64,000 nt of DNA, taken from contig CAWBCJ010000018.1 of assembly GCA_963787255.1 (NCBI GenBank), forward strand, positions 133,025 to 197,024, written 5' to 3'. Below the pieces are notes generated by a model, which searched no databases, was not told where the DNA came from, and saw nothing but the letters and a program-made list of their open reading frames with translations. This document shows positions 45,508 through 57,198 of this stretch, piece by piece (positions within the stretch are counted from its first letter, which is position 1; the number at the start of each line of letters is the position of its first letter). The position numbers were made by a program, and so were the translations under genes. The stretch is from Methanobacteriota archaeon (lineage in GTDB: Archaea > Methanobacteriota > Methanobacteria > Methanobacteriales > Methanobacteriaceae).

Positions 45508-46893
45508 TTATTTTTTCCTTCGTGGAACAATTAATCCGCCTAAAACAGCCAGTAATGCAAGTACAAGCATTCCTATTGGAGCTCCAGTATTCTGCATTCC
45601 TACTGTTGCTGCTGCTATTGTTTCTTCACCGCCAGCTGCTTGAACACACACATTTACAAACTGTACACTAGTACCAAGAGTAGGGTCATAAGTAGTTGTG
45701 CTTAAAGTCGGGTTAACCAAGAAATTACCTTCTTTTAAGACTTTAACAAATAACCACATATATGGGTCGCCTACAGGGACATTACCCAGGTTCCAGGTTA
45801 AGGTTCTTGTAGCTGCATCATAGAAAAAGGTTCCTACATCCACAGTAGCGCTTACAAATTCCATTCCTTCAGGTATAACCCATGTTACATTTGTGTAGTC
45901 TGCTGTATCTGGTCCATAGTTTCCTACTTTAAATATTATCTGAGCTATGTCGTTTATTCCAAGGCATTGTGTTGGTGCAGTTATGTTAAGGTAAAGGCTT
46001 GATTGTGCCGGAACATTTATTGTTGTGTTAGCTGTGTTGTTAGCAAGGTATGGATCAAATTCACATCCAGTTACATAAGCAGTGTTAGTAATGTTAACAT
46101 TAGACAATACTACTTTTGCTATGATGTTTAGTAATGCGCTTACTCCATTTGCAAGGTTTCCTATAGTCCATACCCCAGTTGTACTGTTGTAAGCACCACC
46201 GGAATCATCGGAGACATATTGTAATCCTGCTGGTAGTAAGTCATTTACAGTCACGCCTGTAGCGTCGTCTGGTCCGTTGTTTGTCGCGTTTATGGTGAAA
46301 TTAATGAATTCATTTAATTTCGGGTTTGTATTATTGACTACTTTGGTTATTCCAAGGTCTGCTGCACAAGCAACATAGAATATAGCTTTTGCTTTAGCTT
46401 CATAGTCCCAGTCGTAGTGCCATCCTCCATGATGACTCCAGTCACATTCTCGGATGTAGAGCTTTGCAGTGTTAGTTATAGTGGTGCAAGAATCAATTAC
46501 TTTTGCAAATATGTAAAGAGTTGCACTTTCATGAGTATGGCGGCCTCCATCTAGTTCGCCAATGTACCATATTCCAGTTGTGGAGTTGTATGTACCTTGA
46601 GTAGCTGTGTAATTAATAAATTCTAGACCTGCAGGTAATGTATCATTAACTTTAAATGTTTCATCTTGACGATGATCATTTCTTGCAGTGATTGTAAAGT
46701 TGAGTATATCACCATAATTAATAGTATCATCAGATCCGTTTACGTTAGTTACATTTTTTGTTATTTTATCGGGGTCTGTACAACTTGTTGTAACGGTTGA
46801 TTCTTCTACTGCCATTGCTGCTCCTAGTGATGTAAATACCATTAGTAGCATTAGTATAACTGATATTATTTTTCTATCTTTAGAATTCAACAT
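45508..46893 (-). CDS. DUF11-repeat adhesin-like surface protein with MQNTG-TM-basic C-terminus
   Basis: Signal peptide; repeats of NNGPD.ATGV.V.DLLPAGL.YVS; ends VGMQNTGAP-hydrophobic-RRKK. Confidence 0.88.
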   Translation of the reverse strand: MLNSKDRKIISVILMLLMVFTSLGAAMAVEESTVTTSCTDPDKITKNVTNVNGSDDTINYGDILNFTITARNDHRQDETFKVNDTLPAGLEFINYTATQGTYNSTTGIWYIGELDGGRHTHESATLYIFAKVIDSCTTITNTAKLYIRECDWSHHGGWHYDWDYEAKAKAIFYVACAADLGITKVVNNTNPKLNEFINFTINATNNGPDDATGVTVNDLLPAGLQYVSDDSGGAYNSTTGVWTIGNLANGVSALLNIIAKVVLSNVNITNTAYVTGCEFDPYLANNTANTTINVPAQSSLYLNITAPTQCLGINDIAQIIFKVGNYGPDTADYTNVTWVIPEGMEFVSATVDVGTFFYDAATRTLTWNLGNVPVGDPYMWLFVKVLKEGNFLVNPTLSTTTYDPTLGTSVQFVNVCVQAAGGEETIAAATVGMQNTGAPIGMLVLALLAVLGGLIVPRRKK

Positions 46894-47438
46894 TTATCCA
46901 CCTCCATTTTTTTATTTCTAAGATAGTTAATATTTGATAACGGGTGTTATTTCATAATAACTAATATTATTTTGATTTTGGTAATATAAAAGTTTTTTGA
47001 TGTTGTTCGTGACGTTTTTCACCTTCTTTTCAATTATTACAACTAATAATAATAATTAATACAATTTATAATTTATTATAAACAAATATTTTAAAATATA
47101 AACCATTTAAAAAACATTTAAGGCAAAAATTCCTATAAATAAGTTTACTTTATTAAAATTCAAAAAAATAAAGCTTACAAACAGTAAATATAACCTACTA
47201 CATATGTGATTATAAAAAAAATTACAAGAAAATTGAGTATTATAATTAATTAACTAAATTGAAAATTTCAAAAAATATCATCAAAAATATTTTGTGAAAT
47301 AAGCACACTATTAAAAATCATATGTTAATACAATTTAATTAAACAATAAAAAAAAATAAACAAATAAAACAAAAAATTTTTTTAATAAAATTAAATCCCC
47401 TAAAAATAAGATACTTATAAAAATCTATTAAGCCATTT

Positions 47439-48671
47439 TCAGTTTAAATTAAAACTTTGAACAGTCTTTTCAACTAAATAATCATTCTTTTCATAATAAT
47501 TCCCCTCAGCCATCAACTGCAACTCAAAAACATCCACACCATTTTTAGTTAACGTCGTCCGGTCAATATAAAAAGGAGCAGGTATATCATTAGAAAATAC
47601 AGGATTCTGCTGACATTTATACACCACCCTAATTCCCTTAACTTCCCCATAATTAATTGTTTGCTCAAAAACCTCAGTAGCACCCCACCAAGAACGCAAA
47701 TAATGATCTTGAGTATTTTTATAGTCTTCTAAAGATTTATCAAATTCTTTACCAATTTTACCATACCAAACAATACACTCCACACTATTTCCATAAGATA
47801 AATAAATCCTGGCATCCTTTCCCGCATTTTTATAGGATCTCTTCTGCCAAACATTAGGATAACTTAAAGAAAACCCTTCACTAGTGAAATTATCCATTTT
47901 GCTGGTATTTAAATTTCCTCCCATGTCAAAAATAGTGTATACTGGTGGAAAAGCTTCAAAATCACGTGTAATATTTTGAATTTGAGTCACACTTCTTTTA
48001 CCCGAAGATACCGAAGTTACATTAAAGACAGCATTAGTAGTATTTAAAGGCACATTAAATTCATGCTTGAAATATCCACTTGAATCTGCATTTATGCTTA
48101 TATTATTTATTACAGGGTCATCAAATGCAGTTTTCATGTAACTGTGAAGATTAAAGTTATTTCTCAAAGTCATATTAGAAATTATAGTAATATTCGCATT
48201 AGGATCAGTCTGTCCTTCCAATTCAACCTTTGTTTTACCATAATTAAGTTTATCCATAGGTTTAATTGAAAGAAAAGTTAAAGGACGCTGTATTTCAATA
48301 TCTTGGGAAATCTCATATTTTTTAGGGGCTTTAGAAATAATAGAAACCGTGGTTTCAGCCACCTCAACTGGAACATTCAAATTATATTCAAAACTACCGT
48401 TACTGCTTACTGCAACAGGAACTCTGTCAAGATTTAAATGAGATGAACTAATAAAGACCTTAGCATTAGGTTCAGTTTGACCTTTTACCAGTAATTGGGC
48501 GGGATTTTCATCAATTTGAAAGTTATTTCTATCTAAAGATAAAAATGTAACATCCGGAACCAGTAATCCCGTAACCAGAATGAATAAAACAGCACCAATA
48601 CACGCAGCGCTAAGTCCATAGACTGCTTTATCAGTATTTGACTGTTTTGCCCACCAATTTTTGATATCCAT
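47439..48671 (-). CDS. Membrane-anchored protein with two Ig-like repeats and a PsbP-like C-terminal domain
   Basis: N-terminal TM; two GQT(E/D)PNA repeats; FSLSYPNVW. Confidence 0.6.
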   Translation of the reverse strand: MDIKNWWAKQSNTDKAVYGLSAACIGAVLFILVTGLLVPDVTFLSLDRNNFQIDENPAQLLVKGQTEPNAKVFISSSHLNLDRVPVAVSSNGSFEYNLNVPVEVAETTVSIISKAPKKYEISQDIEIQRPLTFLSIKPMDKLNYGKTKVELEGQTDPNANITIISNMTLRNNFNLHSYMKTAFDDPVINNISINADSSGYFKHEFNVPLNTTNAVFNVTSVSSGKRSVTQIQNITRDFEAFPPVYTIFDMGGNLNTSKMDNFTSEGFSLSYPNVWQKRSYKNAGKDARIYLSYGNSVECIVWYGKIGKEFDKSLEDYKNTQDHYLRSWWGATEVFEQTINYGEVKGIRVVYKCQQNPVFSNDIPAPFYIDRTTLTKNGVDVFELQLMAEGNYYEKNDYLVEKTVQSFNLN

Positions 48672-48682
48672 TTAAACCATCA

Positions 48683-49444
48683 TTAATGTCCTTTTCGGTA
48701 CTCATGAGTAAATTCAGCATCATAAAGCTTAGAAGGAGTAATATCTCCTGGATCCAATACCTTACCAACAACAATCATTGCAGTTTTTTCAATTCCCGCT
48801 TCTCTAACTTTAGATGCAATATCTTCTAATGTTCCCCTAATTACTTCCTGGTCATTCCAAGAAGCTTTTTTAACCACCGCAACAGGAGTATCACTTGCAT
48901 AATGACTTAAAAGCTCTTTTACAACTTTTTCAATCATTTGGATGCCTAAAAAGATGCACATTGTAGCATTATGTTTAGCAAGCTCACTTATTGCTTCTTT
49001 TCGTGGTTTAGGTGTTCTACCTCCAGGGCGGGTTATAATAACAGTTTGTGAAACTTCAGGAAGTGTTAATTCCGATTCAAGCGCTGCTGCAGATGCAAAA
49101 AGAGAACTAACACCCGGAATTATTTCAAATACTATTCCTTTATCTTTTAAAGCTTCAATTTGTTCACCTATAGCCCCATATATTGACGGATCTCCAGTAT
49201 GCACCCGCGCAACAATCTTCCCATTTTCTACTCCTTTTTCCATTATATCAACTATCTCAGGGAGATTCATCATTGCACTATTGTATATCTTTGCATTTGT
49301 GGGTGCATAACCTAAAACTTCCTCATTTACAAGTGATCCCGCATAAATAATAACTTCTGATGTTTCCAGTGCATTTTTACCTTTTATTGTTAGAAGTTCA
49401 GGGTCTCCGGGCCCTGCACCAATAAAAATTACTTTTCCTTTCAT
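48683..49444 (-). CDS. cobM: Precorrin-4 C11-methyltransferase
   Basis: GAGPGDPELLT, YAGSLV, RVHTGDPSIYGA, SKLYDAEFTH. Confidence 0.95.
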   Translation of the reverse strand: MKGKVIFIGAGPGDPELLTIKGKNALETSEVIIYAGSLVNEEVLGYAPTNAKIYNSAMMNLPEIVDIMEKGVENGKIVARVHTGDPSIYGAIGEQIEALKDKGIVFEIIPGVSSLFASAAALESELTLPEVSQTVIITRPGGRTPKPRKEAISELAKHNATMCIFLGIQMIEKVVKELLSHYASDTPVAVVKKASWNDQEVIRGTLEDIASKVREAGIEKTAMIVVGKVLDPGDITPSKLYDAEFTHEYRKGH

Positions 49445-49446
49445 AA

Positions 49447-50356
49447 TTATTCACTTTTATTGTTAATTTTTATGTTATCTTCAATTTTAATAGCTTCAAA
49501 TGGACATTTTGTAACACAAATTCCGCAGCAACCACAAAAAAGGGGATTTATTTCCACTTTCCCATTTTCTTTAATATTAATAGTTTCATCGCCTATTTTT
49601 AAAGTGGGACATTCATTTTGACAAATATAATCACAATTATCCCCACCTTGACACCTATCTTCATCTACAACGGCAGATTTTGCAGCAAAACCCAACTCCT
49701 TTTTCACTGCCTCTTTTATCTTGTAACCTGCAATATGCAATAATGTATCACCAACCATGGGATCAATACTCATTGAAGCCAGACACGGATAATTATGATA
49801 TCGCCCTCCCGCTTCAAATTCTGCATCTTCTATAGGTATATTCACTAATTCTTCGAGCTACAAAACATGTAGAACCACAAGGCGCACCCCTTTTAACTTT
49901 AATACTTTTTATAAGGGTATCTGCTTCTATTTCCAGTTCAGGTTTCCCAAAGGTTTCTACAAATTCATCTATATACTTATCTCCTACAGGTTCAAGAGTA
50001 CAGAATGGTTTGGCAAAAACGATTTTCGCATCTTTTACTTCATCTTCTATTTCTTTTTGAAGTCCCAGTGGAATTTGTTTAGGATCATGAATAGAAACAA
50101 TAATTGATTTTGCACCCGTTTTTGCTGCTACCTTGGGAATTATCATATTTATGTCTCCATATAATCCTACAGAAAGAATTAAATCTGCTTCTGGAAGATT
50201 TTCTGGAACAAATTCATCCACGTTATCTAAAAATTCGGGTAAATTATCAGGAACTTCGTGTATTCCTTTTATTGCTGATGCCAGGCCCATTTGAGCAATG
50301 TTATTAATGATCCTGGAGCCATAATTTCCTGAAGTTAATATGTACATGCTTAACAT
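49447..50356 (-). CDS. DUF166-family protein with C-terminal 2x[4Fe-4S] domain (indel near 49850)
   Basis: KPFCTL, FGKPEL, RGAPCGST, HNYPCLASM (DUF166-type), followed by a ferredoxin-like Cys array. Confidence 0.75.
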
Positions 50357-50607
50357 TGTTTTTATAACCTACTATAATAATTGGAAATAAATTTAAAATA
50401 TAGATTAAAATTATTTATTATAATTTTATATATTAGTTTTCATTTCTAGAATTTAAAATTAGAGAGAAAGGCTTTTTTGATTATTATCATAGATATGAAT
50501 ATTCATTTTCTAGAATTAACTTTATCAAATATTTTAATAAGAATATTTTAAGCTATAATATAAAATCTTACCAAGGAGACAATTAAATTAAAACAGCAAT
50601 TAAATGA

Positions 50608-51459
50608 TTAATTTTCTTTCTTGTTTAATAGTTTCATATAATCCCTTAAAGCATCTTTATAACTTCTTATTTCTTTAAATCCTTCCATTTTCCAGTTATA
50701 ATTTTCAAGAACAGAATATTTAGGCCTTGGCGCCGGACGAGGGAATTCTTCAGTGGAAACAGGTTTAACTTCAACTTTGATTCCTGCTATTTCAAAAATT
50801 TCTTTTGCATATTCATACCAGGAGCAGTGATCGCTATTGGTTAGGTGGTAAATACCATAAACTGGTTTTTTTATAAGTTTTGAAATGGCTGTGGCCAGAT
50901 CAACAGTGTAAGTAGGAGAACCTATTTGATCATCAACAACAGAAATACTGTCATTAGTTTCAGCTAAATTAAGCATGGTTTTAACGAAATTAGGGCCGTG
51001 GAATCCATATAACCATGATGTTCTTATGATATAAAATTTGTTTAAGATATCACGAATATAAACTTCTCCTAGATACTTGGTTTTACCATAAACACCTAAT
51101 GGATTGGTTGTGTCATATTCATAATAAGAACTACCTTTGGTACCATCAAAAACGTAGTCTGTGCATATATAAACTAGTGCACTGTCTGCTTCCTGGCATG
51201 CAACGGCTACATTTCTTGTTCCTATGCTATTTACTTTATATGCTATATCCTCATTTGATTCGCTTCCATCTACATCTGTAAAAGCTGCAGCATGCACTAC
51301 TACGTCAGGATTAATTTTTTTCACTGTTTTAATGGTTTTTTCTATGTCGGTAATGTCTAGGGTGTCGATGGTGGTGGTGCTGATTTCGTTTTCCTTTGAT
51401 AAAATGTCTACTAGATCATGTCCTAGCATGCCTTCTGAACCAATAATTAGTATTTTCAT
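50608..51459 (-). CDS. rfbD: dTDP-4-dehydrorhamnose reductase
   Basis: [34 protein letters not shown]. Confidence 0.95.
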   Translation of the reverse strand: MKILIIGSEGMLGHDLVDILSKENEISTTTIDTLDITDIEKTIKTVKKINPDVVVHAAAFTDVDGSESNEDIAYKVNSIGTRNVAVACQEADSALVYICTDYVFDGTKGSSYYEYDTTNPLGVYGKTKYLGEVYIRDILNKFYIIRTSWLYGFHGPNFVKTMLNLAETNDSISVVDDQIGSPTYTVDLATAISKLIKKPVYGIYHLTNSDHCSWYEYAKEIFEIAGIKVEVKPVSTEEFPRPAPRPKYSVLENYNWKMEGFKEIRSYKDALRDYMKLLNKKEN

Positions 51460-51760
51460 TTTTTTTCAAACCTTTTAATCATTTTTTTTTGAATATAATT
51501 TCTATTTAGTATAGCTACTATTTTTTTTTATAGATACTTATTATTTCCTTATCTTTTTTTTGTTAAGTTGAATAATAATATATATTAATTGATCCTAGTA
51601 TATAATCTTATAATTTCTATTATCTTTCTGGGGTTTGAGGAAATAATGATTAGTAATTTATTTTTTTATTCTACAAAAAAATATATTTAAACAAGTTATA
51701 ATTATTTATTTTGGGTGAATTTAAAGATAAAAAAAGGGATAAATTATTATAGAATATTTG

Positions 51761-52111
51761 TTAAGGTTCTAATGGTTGTTCTGTTGGTGGTTCTTCAGTT
51801 GATTGTCCTGTAGATGGGGTTTTAGTTTGAGAATTTGTGTTACTAGTTCTATATGATGTAGTTTGTCTGTTTGTAGTGCTCTTTTTTTGAGTGGTTAGCG
51901 TTGATGTATTGTTTACGTTTTCTTTTTTAATTTCAGTATTATTATGATGATTTTGATTTAGTGTAGTATTAGTTTCATTTAAATTAAGAGTATTATCTAG
52001 ATTTTGTTGTGGGGAGGATATGGCTGCGCCGTAAGCTCCAATTACTAAAAAATTCAACGAAATAAGGATGATTATAGCTTTTTCTTGCAGATTCAATGAA
52101 ACCATTCCCAT
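51761..52111 (-). CDS. Hypothetical membrane-anchored low-complexity (N/T-rich) protein
   Basis: N-terminal hydrophobic helix, then an Asn/Thr/Gln-rich tail. Confidence 0.55.
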   Translation of the reverse strand: MGMVSLNLQEKAIIILISLNFLVIGAYGAAISSPQQNLDNTLNLNETNTTLNQNHHNNTEIKKENVNNTSTLTTQKKSTTNRQTTSYRTSNTNSQTKTPSTGQSTEEPPTEQPLEP

Positions 52112-52650
52112 TTAATCATTAATTTATGTTATTATTTAATCATATTTTCATTATATATATTTTTTTTGTTTTTAATTAATAAAAAATCGTTAATGAGCCA
52201 AAGTGATGTTTATAAACAATTTAAAATGATAACATCATGTATCATCAAGTTATATAAAGAATTGACAACATCTTTACACGATAATATAATTATAGCGATG
52301 ATAAAAAATAAAATACCGATTTATAGTTTAATCCATAAATTGATTTTTAATTTAGTGCTCTTATTAAAATAGAATATTTATAAAAAAACTAAGTATTTAA
52401 GTAACCTAAAAAATTAATTACAAGAGGATAATGAGAAATATTTTTTTTTACATTTTAAAATAATATAGATTGTTTCGTGCAAGATCCCATCAAACCTCTA
52501 ATTGCCCATCCATTTTACTCTTTTTTTAAATGAGATACACATTAATAACTGTATTATATACCTATAAAAAAGATGATTTGGATAGCTGAACATGCTGCTT
52601 AAAGTTTATATAGGTAATTCAGTAATTAAAAAAAATATATATTAATGTTT

Positions 52651-53608
52651 TTATTTGCCAGTTTTCTGATCATAATTAGCACTAAAATTTATATCCTGAG
52701 GCTCGTTTAATTCACCGTTGTAATTATTAGTGAATCTTAAAAACATTCGAGACATTGAATCTAAAATTATTCCGGTAAGTGCTAAAAATCCACCACAACA
52801 GGTTAAAAGAATTGCTAAAATAGTAGGAGCAAGGCTGGTGGTAGTTCTTGCCAGATATTCCCCAAAGAAAGTGAGCCCTAAAACAAGGCCGATAATAGTT
52901 ATTATGATCCCAGGTAGTGTGAAATAATAGAGGGGTTTTTTAAATTCAATTTCATTTAATATTCCCATTAAAACTCCTAAACCATGACGTACAGGCCCTT
53001 TAGTAGAACCATCAACATCATAACGCACTCCAATTTCCACCTCTTTTATGCGGAGCCCTACATTTGCTGCATTTATTAACATTTCACTTTCAATTCCAAA
53101 ACCAACAGAATTAAATCTAAAAGCAGGTATTGTATGAACTGCAAATGCTCTAAATCCACTTTGACTGTCTGTAACATCTAAACCACTGCCCATATTAGTG
53201 GCTTTATCCAGTACAGTTTGCCCAACTCTTCTATAAGCTGGAGTATCATTCTTTTTACCGTTTACGTATCTGCTGCCGTTTACTATGTCTGCTTCGCCGT
53301 TTACTATAGGGTAATACTAATTTGAATTTATATCATCAGGGTTATGCTGTCCATCAGAATCCATTGTTACAATTATATCTGTATCTCTAACAGCATTAAA
53401 ACCGGTTTTAAGTGCTGCACCTTTCCCTTGATTAGAAGCGTGTTTTATCACTTCAGCACCTGCAAGTTCGGCAATTTCGGTTGTATTATCAGTACTACCA
53501 TCATCAATGACAATTACATTATCTACATATTTTTTAGCACCAATTACCATACTACCTATAGAAATTTCTTCATTATATGCAGGTAATATAAGCAGTTATT
53601 TTTGTCAT
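52651..53608 (-). CDS. Glycosyltransferase family 2 (DPM-synthase-like) with two C-terminal TMs, split by indels
   Basis: LPAYNEE, IDDGSTD, NQGKG, MDSDGQH, DSQSGFRA across adjacent frames. Confidence 0.88.
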
Positions 53609-54037
53609 TTTTCTTCCCATTATTAATAATAGCTATCATTTTTAGTATTAAAATAAAGCCATAATAACTTTTCTAAAATGTTCAATGATAGTAATTACAA
53701 TTGTTTTATATAAATACTTTATGTTAATTCTCTAAAATTTTGTGAAAATAAGTGATTTAGTATATAAATCTATATTATTAATTATGTGAAATCTATTTGT
53801 TATTATGACCCCTATAAATAAAGAATATTCTACAATAAACATAAATAAGTTTACCCAAACCGATAAAAAATCATTTTCTCATATGAAAACCTTTATGTCT
53901 AATTAACAAGTCTAATTAGTTGATATATAATACATAAATGGCTCAATTATTTTATTGGTATATTATAGATAATTTTAAATGTTCAAATATTCTAAATATC
54001 ATTATATTGTATTATTTTATAAGTATAGGTGCAATCG

Positions 54038-55362
54038 ATGGACAAAGTAGAGGCTAAACTAGCATTTGACTGTAGGAACCCAGTTTTATGGTGAGGGAAA
54101 ATTAGAAGAAGCTCTTTCCTATTACAATAAAGCACTTAAACTATTCCAAAAAATAGACGATAAACAAAAAGAAGCAGATATACTTCTTGAAATAGGAGAC
54201 ATTCAAGTAGAACTAAGTAATTTAGATGATGCTCATAAAAAATATGAAAAGTCTCTAATTTTATACAATGAAATTAATGATTACATCGGAGCTGGCTACT
54301 CTTTAGCTGGGCAAGGTATAATAATTGAAAGATACCAAAAATATGAAGAAGCACGGGATTACTACGAAAAAGCCATTAAAAAGTTTCAAAAAGCTAAAGA
54401 CTACGAAAGAGCTGGAATAATATCCAATTTAATAGCAAATACCTATGAAATGCAGGATGCACTTGAAGATGCTTTAATAGATTATAAAAGATCACTGGAA
54501 ATATTTAGAAAAGTTAAAGATCACGACAAGGGAAGCAGAAATCTATGAATCAATAGATAAAATTGAAAAGAAAAAATCCAAAAATAAAACAACCAAAAAG
54601 AATTTACTCATTCTAATAGGATATTTAATTGCAATTGGGGCTGCTGAATTAACTAACCACATATTTCAAGCGTTGAAGTAGGGCTTATAGCAGAAACTGC
54701 TATTTTATTTGCATTATTAATTCATTCTTCATTAGTTGAATCCTACAATTTTTCTAACCTTTTAAGATCAATGATGATCCTTCCTATGATACGGATTATA
54801 GGATTAACTTTACCAATTATGCAAGTACCATCATTATACTGGTTCCCCATAATAGCTATACCTTTATTTGCAGCATCATACACTTTAATGAGAAATCAAA
54901 GACTTACACGAAGAAAAGTAGGATTAATATTAGGTAATATTCCCGTACAACTACTAATTGCATTAACTGGGTTAGTTTTAGGATTTATTGAGTTTTTAAT
55001 TCTTAAACCACAACCTCTTATCTCAACATTTAGTCTGGTGCCGCTTTTAACAGCTATCATAATACTTACCATATCTACAGGTTTTGCAGAAGAGTTACTC
55101 TTCAGGGGAATACTCCAGAGAAATGCTGAAAACTTTTTTGGAAAAGCATTTGGATTACTCTATGCATCATTATTATTTACATGTCTTCACATAGGCTGGC
55201 ATTCCTTTATAGATCTTGCATTTGTTTTTGGAGTAGTCTATGTTCTATGGTTACATGTTCCAGAAAACAAGAAGTATAGTAGGAATAACACTATCTCACG
55301 GAATATCTAATTCTGTATTGTTTTTGGTAATGCCATTTGTAGTGTTTAATTTACCATTCTAA
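54038..55362 (+). CDS. TPR domain fused to a CPBP (type II CAAX/Rce1-like) intramembrane glutamic protease (reconstructed across indels)
   Basis: TPR repeats (ORF 54066-54548) connect by a continuous reading-frame patchwork with no intergenic gap to GFAEELLFRG, FTCLH and HGISN. Confidence 0.78.
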
Positions 55363-55516
55363 CAACTATAAAAAAAACATAAGACAGGACTGGATACTGT
55401 TCTAAATAAAGGGTTGGGTAGTTGTATTCTAATTTCATATTTTATCATTTAAAATAAGATTAAATTAAAAGAAATAGGCACTTAAATTGATAATAGCTTT
55501 TAAAAGTGAGGTATAA

Positions 55517-56126
55517 TTACATATAAGTAATTTTATTTACCCTTTTTGCTTTTTCTGGGGAGTTATTAGGATACCAAATATAATCTGAATGTACCTCTAT
55601 TCTGTTACCGTTAGGTTTCATAGTAAAATTACCTTCCCAATAGGTCATCTGGCCATTAATTTGGAATGTTCCTAATAAATTTTCACCATTATTAGAGAAA
55701 GTACCATTTCCAGTCCATGCAGCACAAGACATATTGTAAGTGCCATCAAATCGGGTGCTAAACATTGCTTTTAAAAGATCATTTGATATTAAGGCATTTA
55801 TAGTGTTGTAAGTTATATGTATGTTATTTATTTTACCTGTACCATCAAGCCCCTCCTTTGTATAGTCTAGGGGGCTTTCAGCTTCTTCTGCACCAGGTAG
55901 TACCATATGAAAATTAAATTCTCTACCTTGGCCGTAAATCGTGATAAAATCCACCTAAAGAACCACCATTATCAGAATTAGGCGGTATCCAAATATGTGA
56001 AGTGTAATTGTAGGGTATTTGGTCAAATAAATAGTTTTCCAGATTGCCACTTGTTATTTCAAATGCTGCAAATCCTGAAATGAGGATAAATGCTACGAAT
56101 AGGGGTAAGGTGGTTTTTAGATTCAT
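55517..56126 (-). CDS. Hypothetical secreted or membrane-anchored beta-rich protein (indel near 55940)
   Basis: Signal/TM MNLKTTLPLFVAFILISGF, continuing into ORF 55517-55954. Confidence 0.6.
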
Positions 56127-56185
56127 TTTTTATCACTAGGATAATCAATTATTATATCTCAAAAATAAAAAAAAATAAAAGAGGT

Positions 56186-56881
56186 TTATATTTTCTGCCT
56201 ACGCAAGTTTATATTTGGATGTGCTATTAGCGAACATAATTCTGGTGGAACTGTTACAGTTATTGTTACTTTTCCGTTCTGGTCAACTGTTAGTATTTCC
56301 TCTTCGTATACGTTGAGTTCTTCGTTGTAATCCCTTATAAATCCTGGCTGTTGATGTTAATCTTGCTATGTTGGTATCTGTGAATATCAAGTTGTCAGTT
56401 ACATTTTTCGGCAACAGATCAACTCTTAAACCGGAGAATCTGATATTTGTTAGGGTATCATTTACTCCGGCTGAAGTGTTCCTGACCATCCTTGCATATT
56501 AAGGTTTAACTCACCGTTAGTTGCGGTTGTGTTATTGTACAAACCTTTCCATGCTAAAATTCGCATATTTGTGCCTGGCGGTAACTTTTCTGCCCCGTAT
56601 CCTGCAAGATTGCTTAAATCCATTACTATGGTTCCATTAGGTTTGATCCACAATTCATGGTAAGATGTTTGCAAAGTACCGTTTTTTAAGGTGACATTTT
56701 CTAAAATAACGTCCATATGTAACCAAGTGGTTCCATTATTTTGAAATGCTAACTTTGTAGCTTCAGCAGATGCAGCGCTAACTGGATTTCCATTATTGTT
56801 CATTAATGTTGTTGCGGCTAATGCACCTACAACTATTACAGCTATAAGTACACCAGCTACTATTAAAGTATTGTTTGCCAT
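56186..56881 (-). CDS. Hypothetical membrane-anchored protein with many NxT/S sequons (indels near 56470 and 56335)
   Basis: N-terminal TM; NGTT, NVTL, NGTL, NGTI, NNTT; the reconstructed C-terminus ...VPPELCSLIAHPNINLRRQKI ends near 56186. Confidence 0.6.
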
Positions 56882-56893
56882 ATTAAATGCTCC

Positions 56894-57130
56894 TTAAATG
56901 ATTGTCACCACTTTATAAGCCACTATGGCTACAAATACTAGAAGTAATGGAACTATTGCAATGTTGGATCCGTTAACGAATGATTTCATTCGTTGGCTCT
57001 TATCTGCTTCTGCGCTTAAAATTTCCTTGAATGCTAAAAATGCTATCAATGCAATTACTGCTATAATACTGAAGGTCATAACTTGTGCAGTTGTCACTGT
57101 CGTTGTTGTTGTAGTTACAGTAGATATCAT
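56894..57130 (-). CDS. 78-aa poly-Thr two-helix membrane protein
   Basis: GGAGGT RBS 7 nt before ATG 57130; MISTVTTTTTTVTTAQ followed by two hydrophobic helices. Confidence 0.8.
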   Translation of the reverse strand: MISTVTTTTTTVTTAQVMTFSIIAVIALIAFLAFKEILSAEADKSQRMKSFVNGSNIAIVPLLLVFVAIVAYKVVTII

Positions 57131-57198
57131 ATTAAATACCTCCAAATTTACTTTATTATTCTAATATATATAAGCCTTACTATTTAATCCCACATTTC

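Noticed and set aside
52166-52372. 68-aa ORF as a RiPP precursor
   Set aside because: No RBS, AT-driven composition and no leader/core features.
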